From positions 20,362-84,361 of the forward strand of contig ADNK01002103.1 of assembly GCA_000320545.1 (NCBI GenBank): a DNA stretch of 64,000 nucleotides, in the 5' to 3' direction. Shown in pieces: positions 1 to 10,269 of this stretch. The translations under genes and the position numbers were made by a program. The first letter of the stretch is position 1; every line of letters begins with the position of its first letter. This DNA comes from Bigelowiella natans CCMP2755. Lineage: Eukaryota; Protista; Cercozoa. A model generated the notes under the pieces. That model saw nothing but the letters and a program-made list of their open reading frames with translations. It was not told the DNA's origin and did not search any database.

Positions 1-54
1 TTTGAATGCGTGAAATCCGCCACCCCCCTCCCCTTGCTCTGGATTTCGAATCAG

Positions 55-165
55 GTACTAATGAAAAACACTATGAGACCGCCCCTCGCCCAGCGTCGAC
101 GCCATCGTCATCGTCGTCATCGTCGCGTTCCGGGTGGATGGAGCATCTGAGCCCTGATGAAAGGA

Positions 166-200
<35 letters not shown>

Positions 201-793
201 AAAATTAGTAGTAGTAGCAATGAAAAGTGATTGTCCTAAGTAACGCTTCAATATGTGAGAGGCGATGGAGGAGGGGGTGGGGTTGGACGTCGCTCTTGTT
301 CTCGCCCGCCCACTTACCCGTTTCCTCCTCCTTATGTCATCACTGCGTTTGCTTTTGATGATGATGTGCGCGCGTGCGTACCGTCTCGATCTGCGCCTTA
401 CCCAGTAATAGCATCATAAAGACGACAAAATTTTCTTTATCATCATCGTCACCGTCATCTTCATCGTCATCATTGTCATCATCGTCATCATCGTCATCAT
501 TGCCATCAGCAATGGTCGCGGGTGATTTCACGCGACGTCAAACGCCAGCAATCCGCAAGACCAAGGTCACATAGCAGGTAATGACAACGATAGAGTAGTA
601 TTTAATTTACTCTAGAAGCAAATCGCTGAATTGTTTTACCAAGCACCGATCGATTAATTGTTGGTTATTTGATTCATTGCATTGATTGTCTCCCAGAGCG
701 TATGAATCTGGGGGGCCAAACGCCAAGCGTCGAAGAGTAGGAGGCGGAAGAAGAGGAGGAGAGGCTGCAGCGGAGAGGTTGAAAACAAATTGA
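55..793 (+). CDS. 3' exons of a hypothetical Ser-rich protein (gene begins upstream of the window)
   Basis: AG-flanked exon from ~55 ending at AAG|GT before a (GT)n intron; last exon ~697-793 reads ...YESGGPNAKRRRVGGGRRGGEAAAERLKTN* (NLS-like). Middle exons are uncertain. Confidence 0.45.
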
Positions 794-869
794 ATGACAA
801 TCCAGGATCGATCGTGTATTATCATAGGTAGGACGCTAAGAATCTTCTGCTTTTCGTATCAATTAGAAA

Positions 870-3100
870 GTCAAACGGGGATGTACAAGCATCGTCGCAC
901 GACACAAGTGGCAGTGGCTCCACCGATCTGCCGTTCGGGGGGCGGGCACGCAAGGATAGACCTGATTCTCACTGAGAAATCAAAGCTCAAAATACATGAC
1001 GTTTTTCCCGCTGAACTCGGAGTGCATGCTCTAGATATCATGCAGTACGCAATACATACACTTTGTTCCTCAGCATCGAAAACGGACATGAATGTGCTAT
1101 CGTGTGTATTTTTCACGTTCGTACACATGTATGAGTGTATGCATCTTTCTCTTTCCGGTCCCGATATCTTGAATGAGCCGTCAGACAAAACAAACATGTA
1201 TACAATATGTGTTGATTGCCCATGTGGTACATCGCTTGTTGCCACAACTCTGCTGCAGCGCAATAGACACAAGAAATGCAAACACATCTAGACATGTAGG
1301 CGGCCCCAGTGTTGCACAGCACTCAGCACTTCCTGAGGCTGTCCCATTTCGTTTGCACACGCTACAGCTGCGATACAGATACGATGCACACAGCCATGCA
1401 CAGTCATGCGCCAATAAATAACTGTGTCTGTTGTCAGCTCAATGAGGAACACATCGAGCTGTTTCTATATAATATCGCATGACAGTCTCTACACACATCT
1501 AGACATGTTTGCATTCAGCAAGCTAGATTGTCATCATGCATGACATCACATTAGAGCATAGCAGCTATTACTAGGTTGTTGTACACATGACTAGAGGAGT
1601 ATAACAAAATCATGATGTAAAAACGCACTACGAAGCTGTGTTCTACATCAGTTCACATGGTGACGTGCCTAGTTCAGGTACGCATTTGCTGTCACAACAA
1701 GCTTGCATGGCTTGTATGTATGACGTGACAGTGCCAAGAGAAGTACGTGTGTCGTGTCATGTCGGATAACAGCATACTACTTGCCTAAGACAGTGGGTCA
1801 ACTCTCACATATGCTTACTTCATGTCCACTCTTTAGACCGCATATTATATCGTGGACACCGAAATGCATCGACCGTTGGCATGCGAAGTTTCTGGAACAA
1901 AAATTCGAGGAGAACACAAGGAAAACTGACACCCGGCAACATGAAGGTTACGTGTTTGTGCACGTCTCCCATGTGGTTCTTGCTCATGTAGTTTGCATCA
2001 ATACTTCTTCCAATGTTCAATGTTCAATGTTCAATGTTGGATGAGGTCCATCTTTCCCACCCGGGCAGCAAATGGGATGACCGGAATGGCAATCGCCGCA
2101 ACCATTGAATCGCCGTGGACAACGCTCTGCAAGCAAGCGATCGCATTGCACGTTGCATGTGCTGGGCCACAGCGGTGAGTTCGCCATGCATCGCGCTGCC
2201 TCAGTGTTTGACACGTTACCGTTCTTTGTCAAGTGAGGGGTGGAGTGACAATGATCGTGACGCAAGCTGCTAGCTGGCATGGATTGGTGCTGTGCGCGCG
2301 CACGGGTGAGACAAACTTGTTTGCACGACACAACCAGCATCAGAAGTGCCAGAGCGAACGAGTTATGAATGAAGTTGTGTGCAAAGTGATTCTGACAATC
2401 ACGGGGGGGGACATGAGAACACAGTCTTTGTCGTGAGTCGCATCCTGGTGTTCACTTCGGAAATCGATCTTTCCTTGGGCGTCAACTTGAATGAAGTGAC
2501 TCCAATGGAGCAGTTGAAAGAATCATGGAATGTAGCAACTCATCCATACCCTGCTCGTTAGACCGCTAGCGTGGCAAAGGTGGTCGTGCTGCGAATCAGG
2601 CGACCTCACATTGCTAGATTGCAAAATTGTCACAGCTTGCCATGCTAATCGATGGGTAATGATGCGCAATTTTAAGTATATATAAGTCAATTTCAATCAG
2701 AACGTCGAATGAGCGCAATGTGATGCACGCGAACATCTTATGCTCCAGGTGCTCAATGCAGTGGATGGACCGACACACGGTGTGTCATCATTATATCATG
2801 CACGTGCAGTTTTCATCACACATTACTCTGTTTCGTGCAGCCGCCAATAGTGCACACAGCTCGTAGCACGACCATGGACAAATATCATTAGATGCGACGA
2901 GGACACACACACATCTAACTACGCACGCACATGTTGTCATCATTGCTTGAAAGTTAGACAAAGACACAGTAATGCAATATATGTAGAATATCTGTCACAT
3001 TACATGTCTCAACATTAGCGCTGTAGCCACTGCATTGCACAGCTACATAAGGATGACCATTGAACAAATTTAATTGATTAACTACATCCGTCTTACATGT
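870..3100 (+). mobile_element. Convergent-junction tract 1: degenerate repeat, possible non-LTR retroelement relic, ending in conserved element copy 1
   Basis: TGCA/CATG/CTAG-rich DNA with no splicable gene; APE-like 'HARIDLILTEK' at ~947-980; CCHC-tail-like 'LSHMLTSCPLF' at ~1802-1834; terminal conserved motif at 3017-3100. Confidence 0.5.
3017..3100 (+). repeat. Conserved junction element copy 1
   Basis: AGCGCTGTAGCCAC..GCTACATAAGGATGACCATTGAACAAATTTAATTGATTAACTACATCCGTCTTACATGT. Confidence 0.95.
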
Positions 3101-3399
3101 CTATAGTGCTTGCTCAAAAGGACTTGCATTGGCCCTCCAGCTTGCTGGCCCAAAAATATGATCAAAGTTGCCTGTTTGCCCAGATTATTCATTTGTATTG
3201 AAAGCATGCGTACCCCTCATTCGCGTGCGTGTTTGCAGTAGCTACCATTATCTCAACAAGTAATCTATGACTGGAAATGATCATTCTTCATCGTGCCGCT
3301 CTCCGTTTGGACATCCTGGAGGTGTTCGGGCAACTGATTTACAATGAAAATAAATGCTGGAGATGTATGCGATAAACCCACGTCACATCATTAAACGTG

Positions 3400-4023
3400 T
3401 TAATTCGAACCTATGGTGCATTCATCGAAGCAAGTAACCCTCTCATCGTCAAGCATGAGGATCTTTGACATTGGGTCGAACAAAGCGATTTCGTTTTCAA
3501 CAATAGCACAACGATTCTTATGATAGAAGTCATCCGTTGCAAACTTACTCTGGAAAAAAATGTGAGAGTTAACAGTAAAAACCATCGCTTATTTGCATAG
3601 ACAAACCCGCTCTTGCATTGCATCAATCAGAAGTATATTGTTCCTATGTTATCAACCAAAAAATATCAAAAATTATTCCAATGTCAGTTGATATGCCTCC
3701 TACTTTCGATCGGTTGCAAGCTCCTCTATTCGTTTCTTCACGTTCTTGTTCACTCCAACAAAAACATGGTGCGGTCCGTTTTTATTCCTCCACAGCCATA
3801 CCCAGGGCCACACTTCCAATCCTCGCTCGAATTCGGCGACGAGGACTTTCAGGTCTTCCACTTTCGGCTTCCGAATGTAAAGGTCATAATCGGCTACGGT
3901 TTGACCTGGAAATCCTCCTTCGGCCCCTTCTGCGAAAGACTCATGTTGCCATCGAACAATCGAGCAAGCCAACGCTCCACTCGTTGCGAACGAAGCGGAG
4001 CCCATGAGAATCCTCCGCCACAT
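3400..4023 (-). CDS. Small 3-exon protein with organellar-targeting-like N-terminus; degenerate AIF/Pyr_redox_2-like Rossmann fragment
   Basis: Splicing joins MWRRILMGS...WPWVWLWRNKNGPHHVFVGVNKNVKKRIEELATDRK|NNILLIDAMQER|SKFATDDFY...ALFDPMSKILMLDDERVTCFDECTIGSN* using canonical GT-AG sites. Confidence 0.65.
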
Positions 4024-4601
4024 CGGTTGAGAGAAGGAAACTTGTGGCAGTGGGGACGTCGTCCTTGGACTCCGAAATATCGTCAGCTGGATTCCGAAAC
4101 CGGATCAGAGCTCCTACGAGTAGGTTCTTCCTACTGAAAATAAAAACACGCGACAACTAGTTTAACATGCAAAGGCTGCAAGATGCCCGGTTGCTTAGCA
4201 CTCATTCAATGAACCGGTTCTCTTGGAACAACCAGTAAAACACATGGCGTTTTCTCCCTACGACAAACATCTCTACTTTTTGACTTCCATCTAAGTTCCG
4301 TCCGAGAAGAGAACAGGACAGGGGGGGGGGAAACCAAACTGTCACCAGACAGGAAGGATCACAGCGGCTGGCACGTAGAAAAGGAGAACTCTAATATCCA
4401 TCATTTTAGCTCGCAGTCTGCAGGTCGAGGTAACAGAAAGGGGGGCTCGCTGCAGGAAACCTCTAGTTACTGTTCAGACACCTCAATGTATTACGACACA
4501 CAGAGAAAGCCCGAACTGAGGTAGTAGCTTGTAAATAAGCCTAGAAAGAAGCCTAAGGCCAAGATTGGGCATTTGTGTTTCTGTGACACACTCAATAGCG
4601 T

Positions 4602-4952
4602 ATGCCTCGAACTGGCAAAATAAGACGCAAGGTGCATCGAGACTCCTCAGCTGACATACCAATAGATCTCGAGATAGACTTCATCCCTCGAGACAATCCC
4701 AAACCAAATTTTCATGCGGAGGGATTTCAGTTTACTGTAATAAATCCAGAGTGGATTGTTCCCATACGAACTGCTCGTTCACGCCCATCTATACCCGCAG
4801 CAGAAAATAAGAGATGTGTTTTGCATCTGCTGAAAGCAAGACAGCTCGACAAAGAGAAGGAAAACATGTGTTGGAGCTATGAGCCTAAAGTAAGATCACG
4901 TGGGAGTTGCTATTTGCTATTTAATCTTTTATGTTGCTGCTGGGGAAGTTAG
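4602..4952 (+). CDS. Hypothetical protein, 116 aa, single exon, Cys-rich C-terminus (LLCCCWGS)
   Basis: ATG-started ORF with protein-like composition; no family recognised. Confidence 0.4.
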   Translation: MPRTGKIRRKVHRDSSADIPIDLEIDFIPRDNPKPNFHAEGFQFTVINPEWIVPIRTARSRPSIPAAENKRCVLHLLKARQLDKEKENMCWSYEPKVRSRGSCYLLFNLLCCCWGS

Positions 4953-4954
4953 GC

Positions 4955-5800
4955 CAAGGCGTTGTCAGATAGCCTAAATGTATCAAGACAGTATGATGTT
5001 GCTCTAAACAAGCCATACGATGCCGCTGCATTCATCGTAGCATGCGCATTATTAAGAATCGTAGGCAAATGCACATTAAAATATATTCTTTGGATTTTGA
5101 AGATACGCAAGATACAGTTTTCCAAATAATTATACCTTGTAAATTTGTCTGAATGGCTTGTAAATGCCCAGCGGTAAAGGACGTAACAAGCGCTTGTTGC
5201 TTGTTTAGACAGAGCGTTAGCTATCTTACATACAGCGTAAAACAAAGCATGTGCCTATGTATGATATTAATCTGTGCGTGGCTGCATTGATGACAGGCTG
5301 CTGTAGTGACGCTACGCGTGCATGGTTAGATCTAGCTAGCTAGAGATAGTGTGATTGCGAAATAGTGTCGCCATGCAGCGATGCCAATGTGGCGCATTGT
5401 ACAATGTTAGTTAGACAGCACTATTACGTAGTTCATTTTTGCCTAGATTGTGCTAATTGAGATGGAAGCCTAAACATCTACATCTAGATACATGTGTATT
5501 TATTATTAATGCAACATGCACGTATACATGCATCATGTGCATGAAGCGAGCTAGCGAGCACTAGAGCACATGCATGAGCTCACATTAACACACATCACAC
5601 GACACACACGCACATATAGCTAGAGCATTCTCTACAAATGTGTCTAGATGTGCAAAACGTACGCAATAAACAAACACAATCTTATAGCGCTGTAGCCGCT
5701 ACATACATTGCATGGTCACATTGCTAGATTGGGATGACCATTGAAAAATAGTAATAATTTCATTGTATCCGTCTCATGATGCACACATCATGCCTAGATA
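4955..5800 (+). repeat. Convergent-junction tract 2 (TGCA/CTAG-rich)
   Basis: Same compositional signature as tract 1; lies between the stops at 4952(+) and 6216(-). Confidence 0.7.
5686..5776 (+). repeat. Conserved junction element copy 2
   Basis: AGCGCTGTAGCCGCTACA...GGGATGACCATTGAAAAATAGTAATAATTTCATTGTATCCGTCTCA. Confidence 0.93.
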
Positions 5801-5803
5801 TGC

Positions 5804-5854
<51 letters not shown>

Positions 5855-6215
5855 TGTGTGTGCCACAATCGAGCAATTCGCGCTTCATGGAGATTAATAT
5901 GTAAAGAAATGGTCATCGAAAATGTCACTAAGTTGTAGTTTTAATTTTGACAACTGAAATAAACACTTACAAAAAAGGTTGGATTTATGTTGAATTGCGT
6001 TTCTGGTCAACACTGCTTTACATTCTACTGAGCTTTCTTATCAAAATTCAATGATCAAGTATAACGTATACAAAGTAATGCGAGTGTATTTTTGATTCGT
6101 GCTTATCTGTAACCAAGAATATTCTTTACCAAAAGTGATATGGGAGGTATCACCTTGAAGAACCAACGCCTCATTAGCCTTCAAATTTCATGAATGACTT
6201 TTCACACAAAATCTT

Positions 6216-8372
6216 CTATTTTTCTTTTTCATCATCTTCACAGTCATTTTTACAGAAGTCACCCTCCTCTTTCTCCTCCTCCTCCTCCTCCTCCTCCTCC
6301 TCCTCCTCCTCCTCCTCCTCCTCCTCCTCTTCTATTTCCTCCTCCTCTTCCATCTCCTTCTCATCATCATTATCATCATCGTTGTAGTCGTCGTCGTCAT
6401 CATCATCATCATCGTCGTCGTCGTCGTCGTAATAATCGTCGTGGTTGAATTGAAATATGCCAATGGAACCGAAACGGCTGAATCTACCGCGACCCGTATG
6501 ACGCATCAACGTATCTTCATCCTCATACTTTGTGACGTGAGACTTGGCATCATCCCCAGCCCAATCCCATGGAAGCAAATCTGGAACGTAAAGAGTATAA
6601 TCACGATGATGCTTTAGATGGATCGAGATTAATAAATTTTTCTCACTGAAAATGAAGTAGATGACTGCGCCTGGTAATTTCTGAGCACAAATATAGACAA
6701 TCAAAATGACATCCATCCTATTTACATATGGACCCTCACCTTCAGGGGGCAACCATCACGGCGGTGGCACATGAGAATAGTAAAGATCATCTCACGGAAT
6801 TTTTCCGGGAACTTGCAATGCACTTTGCTCCTCGGGTTCCACAACATCCATTTCACGCCTACACAATGTTTTGGTTCCCTTATAGTTCTGAGTAAGTCAA
6901 GCTGAGAAACAAAGCTCTCGAACCGTAAGTGAGCCTCCCGACAAACTCTCGATTATAGCGCCAAGCGCCGCCACCCCAGTATCCATGTCGGCTGCGAACA
7001 TCAACATCTCTTCATCAATTCATGAAAACCACAAGATATTGCAGCAAAGTGGCATAGAATCCTTCATCATTTTAAAATGAGGGGGAAATTATTCAAATTC
7101 ATGCGCAAGTGTATTTTTACCTGAACGGACTATGAGAAATGTGTGCCATCCCAGGTAAAATCCTAATATGCGGGTCTTCGTGCGTCACCCTAAAGAGAAT
7201 GGCTTATGTGATAGTCGTCCCGATTTAAAAAGAAAATTGCAGCAGTGTAAAAGAACCTGGAGCGTCTGTTGTTGTACACGAGGCCAAGATCACCTTCGAG
7301 ACCGGAGTGAACATACATTCCCACAGATTCCCCGCATTTCAAGCTAGAAATCAAATGTATTATAAAATATTACAGATCAGGATGTATATTCTTATGTTAT
7401 CTGGCTTTTCCTTGTACTCTTACCGAATGGGAGGGTCAATTTTAAGAGAGACGAGGTCCATCATAGACTCCTTGTGGGTGTCTTTATGAACCAATTTCCA
7501 ATCACTAATGACAAAAAGAGATTATTTGGGTATAAATCAGCTGTTGTTGTTGTTTTTGTGTTCGCGAGCCAGCTTCTGCGTAGTGACTGGTAATGGTAAC
7601 CTTGAGCTGTGATATTTCTTTCCATGAGAGTCTGGAGTGACCCAAACAGTCATAGGGCCGAGGTTTCCGCGAACCCATACCTTTCACGAGTAAGCATGAA
7701 TGAGGGTGAGGAGAACAGGTGGAGAAGGATTTTTATAACAAATGATTTTTAATTGGATTAAACATACCTGCTGAATTTCGATGAACTCGATAGGAAGGGT
7801 ATCCTTGCAGCACAGATCGAACATAATCCCACTGAAGTGAATATAGGATAAATCAGACGAGGAGTGTGAGGCGATGAGCTCGAAAAACGGACGACCTGAA
7901 CGTGTGATCCTCGAAATCCCGTGTATCAACATTATAGCTACGTATGTGCAAGTAATCAATATGATGGAACACAAACAGGTCAGGATTCGTAGGAGTATCC
8001 ATGTGAGATGAATCGGAAGAAAGCGAAGTAAGCAGAAAAGGGTGGAAACTACCATGATTGAACGACATAATTAGCAACTTTCGCTCTTTTCAGCGCTTGT
8101 GGTTGATAGTCCGGAGCGGTGGGTTGTTCCGCAGAAACTGAATGCATCTTGCAGGGAGCAGGGTTCGATTCAAGTTCGTCAATTGGCCGCCATTCAGATT
8201 GTAAATCCGATATACTATGCATGCCCAAAGCATGAACGTAGTACATTATGACCTAGCGACATGTCCGGTAACATTTATCTCAACTTATTCCTCAGACTCT
8301 CGAACTAAAGAAAGACGAAGATCAGTCTCGGTGCACCTGCTCTCGTTCCTTCGAGTAGGAAACAGAGGCCAT
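6216..8372 (-). CDS. Multi-exon conserved-looking hypothetical protein with a long poly-D/E acidic tail
   Basis: GT-AG splicing gives a coherent globular sequence: SYNVDTRDFEDHTFSGIMFDLCCKDTLPIEFIEIQQVWVRGNLGPMTVWVTP...GMYVHSG...LVYNN...ILPGMAHISHSPF...WRYNREFVGRLTYG VKWMLWNP...LPGAVIYFIF..LPWDWAG..(D)n(E)n*. Start codon is tentative. Confidence 0.75.
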
Positions 8373-8633
8373 GTTTACCTCGTACAAACACATATGGCAT
8401 GTCGCGATGAGGGAAAAGGGATGCTATGGCTGAGTACGAACGAGGCTGGTGGCAAAGAATTTCACCCAATATCATCCACCATCAACAATGAACGCCTCGA
8501 TGCCTCATAACCATGCACGTACCTTTTCAGGAATATGAGAACACGTGCTAGCGTGTAAGCGCTTGGGAGCAGCACATTTTCTGAGCAGAATATCATCGTT
8601 TCAAGTTCGCTCCCAGAAGTCAAACCACTGTCC

Positions 8634-9882
8634 ATGACTATCCTTCTGATCCTCCTTTTCAGCCCTCTTGCGCTCGGGCATTCTTGGCTCGCATGCGTCG
8701 ACTATGAACCGGTACAGCTGTTGATCTCTTTTTATCTTCAGCTTTAAATAAATATGATAATATTAGGTTACTGGAACATGCCGGGGATATGCTCGCAATT
8801 GGTTCAACGTGATGGGAGGTGCCGCATTCTTCACGGATCGTGGCCGCGATAATAGGTGGCATGAATACATGCAAAATAACGCCAACGATGAAAATTTAAC
8901 TATTACTCGTATCGAGCCCATATCCTACGGCTATCCAAAACGAATACCACACATCGATCGAATTTAGGCCTGGGATCGATTTTCCTGAAGGGTTGGTGTG
9001 TGACCAGAGGAAAGAAGCGAGGACGAATCCTGTTGAAGCCGCTTACGATGAGGACTTTCCAATGGCTGTCTTGCGAATTGGGGATACCGTCACTTGGAGG
9101 TGTTTGTAGCCTGCTCCGCTTCTTTCCCTCCTAGCTTCTAACACTCCTCAATGCGAAAATTATTACGTCAGTTTATGAACAGAAGACGCACATGACCATA
9201 ATAGTTTCTAATTGTGATTTCATAATGAATCAATCTCCCACAAAGATGGCCTGCAAAGAACCATGCCACAGTCGGAGTACAGCGCGGCGTGCAGGTGGAT
9301 CATTGAAATTGTTGGCTTAGTAAAGTGATCATTACACTCCAAGAATCACGCAAAATACTGAATAGATAATGCCCCATCATCGCTTGGCCCTTTCAGGTTT
9401 TCATCACGGATGCGCCAAACCTGAGTGAAGATAGATTTCGCCCAGAGCCTATTGGTAGAAGATACGACAGAGAATAGAGACAATTTTGTTGATCTGGAGT
9501 CGTGATATTCACGGCTTAAGCTGCAGGGCTATAATTCCTCGTATATTCGCACTATACCCCTGTGGCACACTCCTTGGGAAAAAATAGAGTTAGAAACCAG
9601 ATTTTTATATTTAACATAGAGATTATCAAGATCGATCCAATGATTCGTAATTAAATCGTAGCGGAGATGGACTTCTCAAACTGCAACCCGCGGAGGGCCA
9701 ATGTTGATTCGGCGGATTGCCAAGATCGATGGATGGTGCCAAGGGACATCCGGCCCGGTCTACACACGCTGATGTGGTGGTTCAACCTGGTAAACACCAC
9801 ATTGCTTCATATTTGATAAAGTGATAAATAAATAAATAAATATATTTTTGTACATATATAAAATTTATGCATATATACGTAT

Positions 9883-9920
<38 letters not shown>

Positions 9921-10233
9921 TAGTTCATAGAAGAAAGATAGATTGATCGAAGATTGCCTCACTCAGGGGGAATTTTATAACTCCTGCGCTGATGTGTACA
10001 TCGTGGCTGAGGGGGCCGATTTCCCCACATTCGCTCCTGTGCCCCCCACCCTCGAGCCAACGATAAGCCCTACAGGGGAAAATGGCGGGTAGTGCGTCCG
10101 TCTACACTGTTTGTCTCCTTTACAGGATACGATAGTAATAAGTGAGTGTGCATGAAGGCTGGGCTATCCCTAACGCCTCTCCAAGCGATACATTCATGTG
10201 CATGCTAAGACGAAGCATCCGTGCCAGAAGTAT

Positions 10234-10269
<36 letters not shown>

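Noticed and set aside
2073-2109. GGGATGACC...ACCATTGAA, resembling a split left box
   Set aside because: Interrupted by ~18 nt with no right box; may be chance.
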